A DNA stretch of 64,000 nt from Andalucia godoyi And28. Lineage: Eukaryota; Protista; Jakobida. Each line of letters opens with the position of its first letter. Within the stretch, counting starts at the first letter, position 1. The notes under the pieces were generated by a model that was given only the letters and a program-made list of their open reading frames with translations, was not told the origin of the DNA and ran no database searches. Shown one piece after another: positions 26,173 to 38,400 of this stretch. The position numbers and the translations under genes were made by a program. The DNA is taken from contig VRVR01000051.1 in the NCBI GenBank assembly GCA_009859145.1, forward strand, positions 64,549-128,548. Direction: 5' to 3'.

Positions 26173-29100
26173 TCAAGCCATGCTCAACATACCCAATCCA
26201 CGCGCACACGAAGATCGGACTTCTGCAGCAGCATCCTTTGCGACACCCTTTACAAGGTTGTCGACTACCGCATCGACATCGCAGTCGTTGGAGATCTGCA
26301 ATGACGCCGCAGCCACACCAGCAGCGACAATGGCAGAAGAACCGCGGATAGAAGGCCACTTGCTCTTTTGCAAATACGCAAGAAGACCATTCGTCATTCT
26401 CGTAACACGGTCAGGCAGATCTTGGACAAAGATCGTGGCGAATCTCGTCGCAAACACAGTCATGTCAAGTCGGTACTCCGGGTCGAGGAACCTTTCCTTT
26501 GCCAGTTCCACCAAAGAAGCAGAACGCATGGCAGGAGACAGGTTGCGGAAGACAGACTTTGCAATGGAGCGAACAGTAGGAGCAGGATCGTCAAAATGGA
26601 CCAGCACCGCAGGCATGTTCACAAGCACTTGCTCCTCGAAGGACTCGTTGTGCTGGATCACGTCGATGAATCTGTGCAGAATGGCAAACACTTGGAATGC
26701 GCCTTCCCGGATTCGGTGATCATCCGCATCGAATGAGGATCGGATCCGCAAGCAGACATTCACAATGACGGCAGCAATGCGCTTGCCATCGACTTTGCGG
26801 AAGATGCGGAGCATGGAATTGAGGGCAGTGAGCTGCACTTCAAGCAGCTTGTTCATCGTTGCAGATGCTGCAGGAGATGTGGCACTAGGCTGCGCAGGTT
26901 GCCCTCCAGCAACACTCAAAGTATCCGCGTGAGACAACAGTGCAGACAGCACTGGAGTGGCGTGCGTGTTGCACCCCTCTTCATTTTCAGAAATGTGGCC
27001 GAGCCCGTGAAGGGCAATAACCTTCACCGGAAGCGATTCATCCATGCCCGTCTTCAACAGCAAAGCGTTCACGAGGGAGGTGATCATATCCAGAGAAGCA
27101 TGCAACTGAGTCTTGTTCGCAGACCTGCAGAAGAAACGCAGCAACGCAGCCATGCAGCCAGTGGCAACAACAACAATACCAGTATTCTCCAAACGAGACA
27201 AAGACGAAAACGTCTGCTCATATACAGACTCTGCATCGTCCGGGAATCGCTCCAGGTACAGCTCGCTGATCGTTTCCATATTCTCCGCACCACCAGCGCA
27301 AGGGTTTTCCACGCCATACAATCCTAGGCAATGAAGAAAGGACACCAACGCATCTCGCGCATCGTTCTTAGCCTGAGGGCCAGCAGCAGCAGGAGTAGCA
27401 GGAGTAGCCGCAGCGGCCGCAAACTCAATAATTCCTAAACGAAGCGACAGCGCAATGAACAGCGAAATTCGATGATCCTGCACAAGCGGTCTCATTTGCG
27501 TTTGGCGGTCTCCTGCAAACATGTGCTTGCACGCACGAGTCATGGCAACCGCAATATCTTCTCGTGTCACAGAAACCAGATGCTTGCAAATATCCCCCAT
27601 GATGCGATCCGACAACCCACTGTCCGCAGCAATCGCCTGGATAGCTTTGCACACGTGCACGGTGTCCGGAATTTCCAGCAGCATTCGGAAAATCCGTAAA
27701 GGATCAAACTTCGCAAGAGCACGAACAATATGCAGAATCCCGGGCAACGCCTGTTCCGAACAACTATTCAGCGTCTGCACGACAACATGTCTCGCAAACA
27801 AGTCAAAATCGGCAGGACTCAACAAATCACCACGAGCCTTGATGAACTGATTTGTGAACATAAGAGCGAGGGGTGCTTCAAGAGGCATGTTCGTCAAAAG
27901 GTTCATCCATTCCTCTTGATGCGACAGCAAGGCAAACGCAAGAATGGATGTGACTTCCTGCGCGATATCCAAAGCAGACTCGGCAGAGGTGTCCGAAACG
28001 TTGGCAGACGCAAGCAGCTTTTGCAGCGCATCGGGAACCTGTTCTTCGCTGCGCAAGAAAAGATCCATCCGCAACAACAGGTACATTGCTTCCACAACTC
28101 TGGGATCTCCGCAAAATGGCATCAGAATCGCAATTCTGACTCCGTAATCCTTCAACCATTCTTCCGGAATAACGTTGGGATCCTCGACTACTCTGGCCGC
28201 AAAATGCTTCAACAGAGCAACGAGGAAACGCCCGCCATACTCTACAGTACTCTTCTTGAGCAGACTCTGTTCGACCTGTCCAAGCAGCTTGTACAAATGA
28301 GCAATTGAAATTTCACAAGAAAGCATCTCCACAAGAACTGATTCTACTTGTGCAGTGGCCACCGGCACGAACGGAAGCAGCTGCTGAAAAATGTCAATCT
28401 TCATGTTCTTCGTGGACGGCTTAGGGATCGAAACAAGTGCACGGATGGCTGACACTCCTTCAGAGATAATAGGGATGTTTTGGTTGGACGAAGACCCATC
28501 CCTGTCTCTATCCTTGTCCTTTTCTTTTTCTTTTTCCTTTTCCTTCTCCTTGAGAGTCTCTTTCAAACACGAAAGAATCTGCACCAAAACATCCTCCTTC
28601 ATATGCATGTCGGGCAGATGCGCAAAGACCGTTTCAAGAGCCCGAAACGCTTCGATACGCTCGAGTTCGTTCGACACCTTTGTCGTACGAAGCATATTCA
28701 GCAGCGACGACATCACGTGCGAATCGCACCGGGACTTGAACAGAACTGGATCGGCGTGCTTGGGAATGCTTCCAAAGATTGAACAGCATCGCATGCGGGC
28801 CACCTCGTCTTCTCGCTTCTTTCCCCATTTCGGCTGCTTCATAAATCCGTTGACCTTCTCCAGCACCACATCAAGATGATTCGCAGCACACTGTCCAAAA
28901 CACTCAGCGAAATCGTGCACGGAAACAGCACCAGAATACGGAGCATTCGCAATCGCAGCAGCGGCTTGAATAAGCGCCTTGTCGCCTGTGTATTCTTCGA
29001 ATCCCACAAGGTAGTACTGTATGAAAACGCTTTCCAGCAACAGGGCCACTGTTTGTCGATGCTCAATCAAATTCAAGGCCCTCCCGGCGTCTGACAGCAT

Positions 29101-30816
29101 TCGCTGTTCAATGAAAGCGCGAGCAATCCCTGGAATTGTCCAGATAGGTTCAGAGATCTGTTTCTCTGGGGAATGGAAGATGGCCAGAAAATCTGCATTC
29201 TTGAAACGAAGAGCTCTCGCAATCAGCGCTTCTTTAGGCGGCGTGTTCGGTGTCTTCACATACTCGGTCTGCCCCGAATGATTAAATGCGTGTATTGCAC
29301 ATTTCATCATCAAGGGAACGCAATGTTCCAGCGATGAATCCATGATGGGATCAAGGATCCAAGGCCAGAGCACAGTAGACGACGACTCCACCGTGGAAGT
29401 GTACAGCCACAAGGACTGGTGGCCCTTTCTCAACACAAAGTGTCGAAGCAAATCTTGGCCGCCCTCAAGAAGCAACGCCCCTGTGCCTCCAAGCTGCAAA
29501 ATTGTCAGGATGATGGCGTTTTCAACATCCGGATGCGTTTCATTTTTGCAGGCAAGCAGCAGCGAAATGATACGGGATGGTTCAATATTCCGTGTGCTCA
29601 AATGTCGAAGAACGGACAGAGTAGCCAGACGCACCGGAGCTTCCTTATCTTTTGGATTCTCCATGTTCTTCTGCAGCTGGAACAAGACTGGATCCGAAAA
29701 CATGCGGACACACAGCGTTTCGAACACCCGCAGTACATCGTAGTGAATGCGCAGAAGTTCCATGTCTGCCTGATCAAACGTCTGCTTGGCCATTTGATTC
29801 AACATTGGGATCAACTCCTTCAACTGCGGCTCGATAACAAGGATTGGAGCAGCGCTCAACGCATCAGAGAAGCCGCGCATGACATTTGGATCCACGTCTT
29901 TCTTGCAGTCCTTCTTCAGCAGCGTCATGAACGCCAAGATCAGCCGTTGAGCGTTTGCTTCGACTTCAGTCGGAGACAGCTGCCGGAAGATCTTTCCACA
30001 CGCCGCTGCAGCCGTTGCACGCACGGATGCCTCTTTGTGGCCCGTCATCCACTTTCCAACCAGCAAATCGAAGACTGCAGAGAAGTCCTGCTCGCCGAAA
30101 CCAGTCGAATGATCCAGTGCTGCATCCGCAAATGCCCTGAGTGTGTCGCAAATGACAATGAAAACACGGTCCATTTTCACCTGCCCAAGACATGGGGTAA
30201 GTCGGATCAAGACATCGCGGATAAACTTCGGGTTTCGAATCACCTGTGCAGCTTCAAGCACTGCCAGGTTTGGCAGCTGTCCAGGAACAATGTATGGTGT
30301 CAAAAGCTCGATAATCACCACTTCTGGGAGTGTTTGCAGCAACTTCATGGCTGTAGAAACGATAATCTCGTCGCTCGAACTGGTCATTTCTTCGATGCAA
30401 AGTCCGCCCAACGCAACAATCGAAGCGCCAGACAGCTGCCTCTTGATCTCCGGCGCTGGCGTTGGAGTTGGCGTTGGCGTTGCCGCCGAGGCGTCACCTT
30501 CGGCTGTTGATGACGAGCACAGTTGATAAATCTGGTCGACGGCAGTGTACAACAAGAGCTTTGCAGTAATTTTGAGGGATTTCCGATTGGACTGGAGAAA
30601 CGCGACTGCCCGATTCATGAATTCCTGTGACTGGTTTCTTCCAAGCGAAAGCAGCGCGTCGGATACATACGATCGAACCACTGCATCCGAGTCACTGGCT
30701 GCCTCAAACAGCGACTGGAAGATCTGAGAGAGTCTCTGGATCTCAAATGATCGCGGAGGATTGCCGGAAGCTGCCGGACTCGTCGAGTTCCTCGATGCCT
30801 GGTACGACACTGACAT
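26173..30816 (-). CDS. Maestro HEAT-like repeat protein (MROH1/SGR6-like)
   Basis: 1547-aa all-alpha ORF; N-terminal D.D..VR..V..AL..LG and C-terminal LVHFDDP..TVR..AK signatures recalled for the MROH family. Confidence 0.65.
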   Translation of the reverse strand: MSVSYQASRNSTSPAASGNPPRSFEIQRLSQIFQSLFEAASDSDAVVRSYVSDALLSLGRNQSQEFMNRAVAFLQSNRKSLKITAKLLLYTAVDQIYQLCSSSTAEGDASAATPTPTPTPAPEIKRQLSGASIVALGGLCIEEMTSSSDEIIVSTAMKLLQTLPEVVIIELLTPYIVPGQLPNLAVLEAAQVIRNPKFIRDVLIRLTPCLGQVKMDRVFIVICDTLRAFADAALDHSTGFGEQDFSAVFDLLVGKWMTGHKEASVRATAAAACGKIFRQLSPTEVEANAQRLILAFMTLLKKDCKKDVDPNVMRGFSDALSAAPILVIEPQLKELIPMLNQMAKQTFDQADMELLRIHYDVLRVFETLCVRMFSDPVLFQLQKNMENPKDKEAPVRLATLSVLRHLSTRNIEPSRIISLLLACKNETHPDVENAIILTILQLGGTGALLLEGGQDLLRHFVLRKGHQSLWLYTSTVESSSTVLWPWILDPIMDSSLEHCVPLMMKCAIHAFNHSGQTEYVKTPNTPPKEALIARALRFKNADFLAIFHSPEKQISEPIWTIPGIARAFIEQRMLSDAGRALNLIEHRQTVALLLESVFIQYYLVGFEEYTGDKALIQAAAAIANAPYSGAVSVHDFAECFGQCAANHLDVVLEKVNGFMKQPKWGKKREDEVARMRCCSIFGSIPKHADPVLFKSRCDSHVMSSLLNMLRTTKVSNELERIEAFRALETVFAHLPDMHMKEDVLVQILSCLKETLKEKEKEKEKEKDKDRDRDGSSSNQNIPIISEGVSAIRALVSIPKPSTKNMKIDIFQQLLPFVPVATAQVESVLVEMLSCEISIAHLYKLLGQVEQSLLKKSTVEYGGRFLVALLKHFAARVVEDPNVIPEEWLKDYGVRIAILMPFCGDPRVVEAMYLLLRMDLFLRSEEQVPDALQKLLASANVSDTSAESALDIAQEVTSILAFALLSHQEEWMNLLTNMPLEAPLALMFTNQFIKARGDLLSPADFDLFARHVVVQTLNSCSEQALPGILHIVRALAKFDPLRIFRMLLEIPDTVHVCKAIQAIAADSGLSDRIMGDICKHLVSVTREDIAVAMTRACKHMFAGDRQTQMRPLVQDHRISLFIALSLRLGIIEFAAAAATPATPAAAGPQAKNDARDALVSFLHCLGLYGVENPCAGGAENMETISELYLERFPDDAESVYEQTFSSLSRLENTGIVVVATGCMAALLRFFCRSANKTQLHASLDMITSLVNALLLKTGMDESLPVKVIALHGLGHISENEEGCNTHATPVLSALLSHADTLSVAGGQPAQPSATSPAASATMNKLLEVQLTALNSMLRIFRKVDGKRIAAVIVNVCLRIRSSFDADDHRIREGAFQVFAILHRFIDVIQHNESFEEQVLVNMPAVLVHFDDPAPTVRSIAKSVFRNLSPAMRSASLVELAKERFLDPEYRLDMTVFATRFATIFVQDLPDRVTRMTNGLLAYLQKSKWPSIRGSSAIVAAGVAAASLQISNDCDVDAVVDNLVKGVAKDAAAEVRSSCARGLGMLSMA

Positions 30817-31194
30817 TGTCTCCAGAACAAAACAAAAACAGAGAAATATAAAATATTATAAAAGAAATCACGTGTCAAAGGGAGGATAAGACGTGAGAGA
30901 ACGAGCCTCCTCTGAATAGCTAAATGAAAGACGGAAAGGCAAAGGAGACGATTCGCGAAACTTTTAGAGAAAACAAGAGAGAGAAGGAGGTTGAAGAACG
31001 TCGGAGGCTGCACGACGCGTGTTTTGAAAGCTTTTCAAATAGACCCTCTTTTGACGACTTCCCAAGGCTCCTAGCATCACTCTCGCAACAACCAGAAAAG
31101 CGTCCAGAAGGGTTTGTGCTTTGTTTGGGTTTTTTATTTGGAGAGGGGAAAGGTATTACGACAGATCAAGAACACGGGACAGGCTGCAGCTGCG

Positions 31195-33000
31195 TCAACA
31201 GCAAGGAAGTTTTCGCTCCTTTGCAGCCTGCTTGAGAAATGCAAACTTGTCTGCGAGAGAATCGTCAACAACGGAAACATTCATGGCTTCTGCCATTGCT
31301 ATTCTGACATTCGCAGCATACAACTCTGCATTATCCAATTCTTCCTTGGACGGCACGTACACCGGCAAATACGTGACCTCGAGTCGTGAATACGGCGACC
31401 AGAGAATGCGCATCGCGAGTTTGTGAGCCGGAATATCCGTAAAGGATGGATCTGCATTCCAGAACTTGTACTTGAGAACCACAGGCTGCACGGGAATCTT
31501 GCACAAGAACGCGCCTCTGTGGAACTTGACCAGCTGTGCACCATTGGATGTTGTGCCTTCCGGAAAGATCACGACAGGAGCCATCTTGTGCGCATCTTGG
31601 TGCAGCACTCTGGAGATCAGAGCATGGGTCGCGCCACCTGTGTGTCTATTCTTCTTGGAGGGCGACGGGCTGCTGGATTCGCCGCCGTTCGTTAACGGCA
31701 TGTTCGAAAACTTGGTGTCCTGATGTGCACAATCGTTGTTGCTGTTGTGGTGGTGGTGGTGTTGGTGACCGCTGACGGATTCCGGAGATTGCGGCTCCGG
31801 AGAAGGTGTCGGAGTCGATTGCGGCACGTCGGGATACGTCGGAGCAAGCATTGCAGACACTGGAGACGGCGAAAGAGGACCGCTTGTGTGAGAGCCAGCC
31901 CCTGTGGCAGGTGCCGTGCGTGCATGAACATGCGTGGTAGGAGTAGAAGGTGGCATTGTTGCGCTCGCATGACCTGCATGACCACCGCCGGTAGCACTGG
32001 CCTCAATGTCACGCTCCACAAAAATGCACTGAAGACCACGAGCGATCACTCCGACAAGCGGCACATCGCGAACACCAGCTTTTGACACAAACGACGGCAT
32101 GCAGTTTCCCATCAGATAGACGATGTCAAAGAATGTCACGTGGTTCGCCACAATCAACTGAGTCTTTCTGGAGTCGGCGTCGGCATCGGCGTCGGCGTCG
32201 GCGTCGGCATCGGCAGCTGCACTGACATCAGTAGCATCACTGGTTGTCGCTGCTGGGTCTCTCTGTTTTGCATTCTTCTCACGCCGAGCTTGCTGTCGCT
32301 CATGATGTGCCTTATACGTTGACGCAAACTGCGACGCCATGTTCTTTCCCTTGACAGAAACCCACAGGAATCCGTAAAGCCAAAGAACAGTCCTCGGCAT
32401 AACCCAGCACGCATCGATCCACTTCCGCCGAGAAGCAGGCATTGGTTGTGTGGTATCGACCCCAAGCGTCACCAACTTGATGATACCAATGAAGGTGAAC
32501 GTAAGAAGCAAAATCAGAACAATGCGCACAATCGCAATCGGCGTCATCAAAATGAAAAGAATAATGTCGTAAACACCAACCGGCCGTGACCGCGTGTGCC
32601 AGGGATTTCGCTTTGGATCTTCAAAATACTTTGCAATCAGCTCCGACCGTGGAGGAGGAACATTCACCGGAGCCAGTGTTCTAGGAACCCCCGAAGCTGG
32701 ACTCGCGGTTGTGGCTGCGGCTGTGGGTTCTTGTTGTTCCTGTTGATGGGAGCCTTCCGGTTCATCTCCAAGATGCTCTTGCTGTGGAGGCAGCGCCGAG
32801 GCGGAGAATGCTGATTGTGATGCTGATTGTGATGGACGAGTCGATTCCTCAGTGACCGCAGAATCGCGCTCAACGTGCACCGACTCTTCACTTACCGGTT
32901 GCTGTTCCTGTGCAGAAGAAGCATGAAGAGCCCCATCTTGCAGCCCCTCCTCCGCATGCGATGCACCAGTCACAGTACCAACCTGCGATTCACCAGACAT
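31195..33000 (-). CDS. Lysophospholipid acyltransferase (LPCAT/LPEAT type)
   Basis: IVANHVTFFD (HX4D), FVSKAGVRDVPLVG, VIFPEGTTSNG, FHRGAF and IPVQPVVLKY motifs plus a TM segment. Confidence 0.88.
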   Translation of the reverse strand: MSGESQVGTVTGASHAEEGLQDGALHASSAQEQQPVSEESVHVERDSAVTEESTRPSQSASQSAFSASALPPQQEHLGDEPEGSHQQEQQEPTAAATTASPASGVPRTLAPVNVPPPRSELIAKYFEDPKRNPWHTRSRPVGVYDIILFILMTPIAIVRIVLILLLTFTFIGIIKLVTLGVDTTQPMPASRRKWIDACWVMPRTVLWLYGFLWVSVKGKNMASQFASTYKAHHERQQARREKNAKQRDPAATTSDATDVSAAADADADADADADADSRKTQLIVANHVTFFDIVYLMGNCMPSFVSKAGVRDVPLVGVIARGLQCIFVERDIEASATGGGHAGHASATMPPSTPTTHVHARTAPATGAGSHTSGPLSPSPVSAMLAPTYPDVPQSTPTPSPEPQSPESVSGHQHHHHHNSNNDCAHQDTKFSNMPLTNGGESSSPSPSKKNRHTGGATHALISRVLHQDAHKMAPVVIFPEGTTSNGAQLVKFHRGAFLCKIPVQPVVLKYKFWNADPSFTDIPAHKLAMRILWSPYSRLEVTYLPVYVPSKEELDNAELYAANVRIAMAEAMNVSVVDDSLADKFAFLKQAAKERKLPCC

Positions 33001-33583
33001 TGTTTTTTTTTCCTTCTCTCCGCCCCGTGTATTCTATTAAACCTGCAAGCACTTGGATGACGGTGTGCGAGAAGGATGCACAAAAAGAAAAGAGAGGGAA
33101 AAGGACAGTCTACACGAGGTTAGAAAACAAACACAAGTACCAACTGTTAGAATGCAAAGAGCAAGATTACGAGGAAAGCAAAAGCAAAAAAAAAAAAAAA
33201 ATGAATGAATGAATGAAAGAGAAACCCAACGGGAAACAGACACGCGCAGACTGTTCATGCGTTTATTCTGCACGTCAAAACCAGGGGAAACCGACCCTGG
33301 AACAATAAGCCATGCCGAGAAAAGGCCGGCAACTCTCAAGTGAGTCAAAGTCGCGTAGAGTCGAGTTTTCCAGAAAGGTCGCAGTACGACCGACGATCAT
33401 CGGTGTGGCAAACCGTGTTGGCAGACTGGCCTGCATTCATTCCCTTTTTCCTGCTTTCCTTTTCATTTGGAGTTTTGTTTTATTTGTTGCTGTTGTTTTT
33501 AGTTGCTGTTTTTTTTTTAAATAAAAAATTCATTTGTGATTTTGTTCTTTGTTCTTTTTTATCAGCGAGTGCTTGTCAAAGAG

Positions 33584-33979
33584 ATGCTAGACTTTCTGTA
33601 TGGTCTTCCTCCGCTGTCTGGGTGGTTGTTGTTCGTGGCGGCGATGGGCGGCTACGGCTGTTTGCAGGCGATGTTCACCTCCCAGCTGCGGACGAAGCAG
33701 TTCTCGCTGAAGCAGTCCCAAGTGACGCCGCTTGTGCACCACTCATTTGCAGCGTGGACGGCCGCCTCGACCGTTACGCGTCTGTCCTGTGCACTCGACA
33801 CGTACAACCGCTCGCTCTATCGCGCGACAATGGTCACGTTTGGCATCGCGTCTGCGTACTACATCTACCAGGTCTTCGTCCACAAGTCTGTTCCATTCAA
33901 ATTTGGTCTCCCCGCGTTTCTCATTGCAAACATCTCCCTTGTCTGGATGACCCACTCCTATGCCCACTACACTCAATAG
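33584..33979 (+). CDS. ERG28: Erg28-like sterol biosynthesis scaffold protein
   Basis: 131-aa multi-TM protein; LSGWLLFVA, VTPL...FAAWT...VTRL and YRATMVTF motifs. Confidence 0.8.
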   Translation: MLDFLYGLPPLSGWLLFVAAMGGYGCLQAMFTSQLRTKQFSLKQSQVTPLVHHSFAAWTAASTVTRLSCALDTYNRSLYRATMVTFGIASAYYIYQVFVHKSVPFKFGLPAFLIANISLVWMTHSYAHYTQ

Positions 33980-34229
33980 CCAGTGCGACGGTGCGATGAG
34001 CACTGCTTTATTCGTCCCGCCCACCAGACGTGCCGGGTTTTGGATCCGCTTTTTTCATTTCTCGCATCCAGTACTTGTATGCACCAAAGAAGAAGAAAAA
34101 TAATAATATGCAGTAATACTTGCGCAATGACCGGTGGAATAGTGCAGTCATTTATTCTTCCAATAATAATAACAACAACACCACCGCCACCACAACGTTA
34201 AAATACCGTTGAAGGAAGTCCAGGGCGTT

Positions 34230-34710
34230 CTTTGCACGGTAACGTCCCTGCTGAACCAGATCTTGGCGCTTCTTCCACTTCAAGACCTGCGACCCGGATG
34301 CAGAAAAGCGTTGTGAAATGCTGTCTGTCTTCTCCCGTTCGCAAGCGACAGACGAGTTTTCGTGCGCCCTTTCTGCTTGACGGACGTTACCGTACGTCAC
34401 AAAGGCGAAAACAAGCAACATGCATGCACATATGTGAACAACAAGCAAATGAAATAAGAATCCGGATTTTTGTTCGCTGAGCAACCCAAGGCTCGAGGCT
34501 GTTTAGGTGGAATGCCCCAAATTGTTCAGGCGCTATGCCGGATTGATCACGATTGGGATGATGCGCGCAACTTTTTTATGTCTTAAAAACGCCGGCAAGG
34601 CGTGTTGAAGCCTACCCTCTTCCCGTCCATGGCGACATGGCCTGGGTTGCAACATTTGATTACGGCATGACTAGCGATGGTCATGCATACGCAGTGTAAG
34701 ATTGTCGGCG
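34230..34710 (+). mobile_element. Degenerate Fanzor-type remnant, copy F (left boundary uncertain)
   Basis: IDHDWDDARNF at 34542-34574, decayed zinc-finger traces (TCMHIC; GSRLFR..PNC), hairpins ACGCC-GGCAA-GGCGT and GCATGACTA-GCGA-TGGTCATGC, and end CAGTGTAAGATTGTCGGCG. Confidence 0.7.
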
Positions 34711-34985
34711 TACGTCATCTCCCGGTGGGTGTCGGACTCGGTTATATTACGACAGACGGAATATTTTTGTCAAAAAATGGGAAGCTGGAGCATCAATGCA
34801 TCAAGCCTGCCAAGTCAACGGAAACCGCCTCTCCTCCAGTTCCTTCTCAAAGCTATTTGTCTTTTGCTTGTTGTGGCTGGCTGCTGCCTAGTTTTTGGTT
34901 CCAGGTTTTCGAAAAGAACCGAAAGAAAAAGAAAATAGAGTAAATAGGTAGGTTGGAAGAAAAAGAGAGGTAAACGAGGTGAAAA

Positions 34986-35240
34986 ATGTCTGACGACTAT
35001 TCTGGATCGACAGCTGCGCCGACGGGCTTTGAAGATACTCCGGAAGGAATTGCTGCTGAAAAGGCCGCAATGGCCGCACAGAACAAGCTTAATGTCCAGG
35101 CGCTGCCGACCCGATCGTATCTCGAACAAACAGTGGTACCCATTCTACTCCAGGGGCTCGCTGCAATCAACCGTGAACGACCAGAAAATCCAATCGAATT
35201 TCTTGCGCAGTTCCTTTTGAAGAATAACCCAAAGAAGTAG
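34986..35240 (+). CDS. DPY30: DPY-30 (COMPASS subunit)
   Basis: [41 protein letters not shown]. Confidence 0.92.
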   Translation: MSDDYSGSTAAPTGFEDTPEGIAAEKAAMAAQNKLNVQALPTRSYLEQTVVPILLQGLAAINRERPENPIEFLAQFLLKNNPKK

Positions 35241-35448
35241 GCTAGCTTATCGTGTAAATAATCAAGTTGTCACAACAAGAATCACAGACAGGCAGACGGA
35301 AAAAAGAAGAACAACAACAACAATAACACCACCACCACCACCAATAGCCTTGAAAAAACGAAAAAATGTTCGTTTTACCTGCTTCATAAATTACAGAATG
35401 CTCACGATGCCAGTGACGGTAATGGTTGATAGCTGATAGCTGACATCT

Positions 35449-38400
35449 CTAGGAATCCAACGTGCGACAAACTCGACGAAGGTGTGCGGATACCAAACGA
35501 AGGAAAAGACACGCGCTCAAGAAAGGATGAGAAGTATGGTCCGGAGACAACCGAGAAGGACGAGAAAGATCGATCCAGCCGTCTCTCCGAGCACGTTCTT
35601 CAATCTGCTGTCGCTCCATGTGCTGGAAAGCGGACAGGTAGACGTAGAAAAGGACGCGAGTCGCCACCGACCCAAGACAAGACGAGCTGAAGAGACAGTT
35701 GTGCGCAAGGAGACGGACCGCGTGAAGAGCAAATGGAATCAGACTGCCCTTTCGGTCCATGAGTTTCAAAAGAACAAAACTGTGCGAATCCAGATAGTGT
35801 CGCTGTCCTTGGGAACGGTACAACGGAAGCGCCGCAGACGAAATAATGTACAAGTCGTGGAAAAACATGATGTGACGGTCGAGCCCGAGGGCGATATCCA
35901 GGGAAGTAAGGTATCGAATTCCAACAGACGAAAACTGCGATGCGTAGAATGAGACCGCAGTTTGAAACGCGACAGCAACATCTGGAAAGCTACGAACAGA
36001 CAGGGAAATGGTAAAGGGAAGTAGAGGCACGGGAAGTTCGTAGATGGAAAGCAAGGGAGACCATATGCGGAACGAAAAGAAGCGAGACGGATCATACCAA
36101 GAGAGACGGACATCGACAGGCTCAATGGAAAACGAAAACGTAAGAGGACCAGGCAATCCAGAAAGTGGCCAACGAGAAACGGAAGACTGTGTGCTTGGAA
36201 ACAAGAGAAACGAGTCGATTTCTGCGTTGATCAGTCCAACTGATCGTCTCAGTACGTGCAATGCGGACTCATCCAAACGCACATGGACAACGGCGTCTGT
36301 CTGCACTTCAGCCTCGAGAAAACCCGCCACTACATTCGTCACATCCTCACCTTCAGAAGAGGAACGTCGATCAAATCGCAGTCGACAACACACAAAGCCA
36401 GTTTCAAGGACCACAGGGTACGAGACAGCGGTCGAACAAGATGATGGAACCTCACACTTCAGTTGCTGCATCTCCACGCGGAAATCGTGAGGCGACAACA
36501 ATGAAATGACTAGACGATCAGCGCGAACCACCAGCAAATCGCCAATCCCCATTTGAAACTCCGTCACCACATATTGCGAAACGCTCTCGAACAGCACCGC
36601 GGCTGAAAACGCAAAAACACTCGGGCCAACCTCAATGCGAAGCGAAATCCAACACGATGACGGCATCGTAGGGGCACCTTGAGTCACGTGCTCAACGTCA
36701 GATCGCATGGGAACGAGGATAGTCCATGGAAACGATGCTACCAACGGGATAATCGGACGAAGTACTGCCAAACTGCCAACCACCTGCAGCGAACGGTCGT
36801 TCAAGGAGAGTTGAAAAGCCTTGCCATCAGCGCTCAAGTCGTGGATCAATACTGCTACGGATTCCCATCCATTGCTGACATCCCATCGAAGCCGTCGAAC
36901 TTGACCATCCACAGTTACTACCAGTTCGGCTGCACAAGCAGCTGTCCAAACACAGCGGTCGACATGGAAGGAGTCACCCAGTGAGATGGTGCGACCCTCC
37001 ACTGAAAGAACAAGGCGTCTTGACTCTATAATGACTACCCATGCTTCATATTCCATAAATGCATCCCACAGAACAATCAGAGACGCAGATGGCTGGCGCA
37101 GAATTGAAATTTGCAACATAAGACGTTGATCCAGTGCATAATCCTCGGATACCTTTGCAAGTTGGTGCGCAGTGGCAACCCCAACGCACGGGACAAGAAC
37201 GTCAGCTATTTTGCACATCGCAAACAACGACGCGGCATAGGAGCCCTCTAAATGTTGAAAATACGATCCCAATTTCAGCAGCACATCCCCTTCTCTGGAA
37301 GAACAATGCAACCCGCCGCAGGCGACAGAAACCGTGTACCACCCCAAACTGTCCCATCTGGAACCGCGAATCACCAAGTATTCAAGACTGAAATGACGCA
37401 ACGCTGCCTCGACATCACCTCCAGTGGCATTGATGGATGCCAAACGGACAGAAATCACCGACGAAACGGAATTTGGCTTAGCAACAGACACTTGAATGTC
37501 TGAACAATGCACGACATTGGTGATCACCCCGTTCTCGACGAGAATTTGAAACGGTGCTGGAACTAGCGCCGGATCTTCCGAACTGGAAGAATCGCGTTGA
37601 GGAGCTTGGCTGCCAATGCGGAACAACGCCCAATCACTCATGATTGCAAATTCCTGCACAATCGAAGAAAGGACATGAAGCACTTCGCAAGTATCAAACA
37701 AGCCCATCCAAAATTCATCAGAGGTGAAGTTGACCGCCGCATGACGTAGCGAAAAGCGCTGTGAGCTCCCTTCCCCGTGCGAAAGACAGAGGAAATGGGG
37801 GACATGCCGGTGATTGTGCTCAACAGATGCATGAAGTGCCTCAATCTTGCAATCTGAAATTTTCAGTGGACTGGAAACATGGGACGTGCACAGGCAGCAA
37901 GCGTTCACAAGGCGAATGCGAAGGACATTCTGATCATCCTGCTTCAGAATGTCTGAACTGTGAAGATCGAATTCTGCATTGCATATCCTTAGCAGAACAG
38001 ATCGGACAAAACGCGGAGTATTTCCTTCAGTCCTGGCTGTTCCTTTTCGCAACAATTCTTCTAAACAGAGAGTGTCTGTATGAACACGGACAACGTCACA
38101 AGACATTTCTAGGCCCCTGTCCACGACTAGAGAAGCAAGCACCTGCCGCTTGAGACTGTTCTGACGCAGTAACAGTAATGCGGAAAAGAACGAGGGCTGA
38201 ACGGAATGTCCATCTCTGACACCTATGGATGATATGAAGTTGGCGGTCCCGATGGAAATATGGCAAATGCGGCCTGTTAGCGAAAATCCAATCCAGACAT
38301 TATCCAATGAAATGTCAAATCTACGCGGTTGCAATCCAAGACTTGTGAAGGAGTCCGAGGGGATGTGAAAAAAGTGACGTCTGAAACCATCCCCGTCGAC

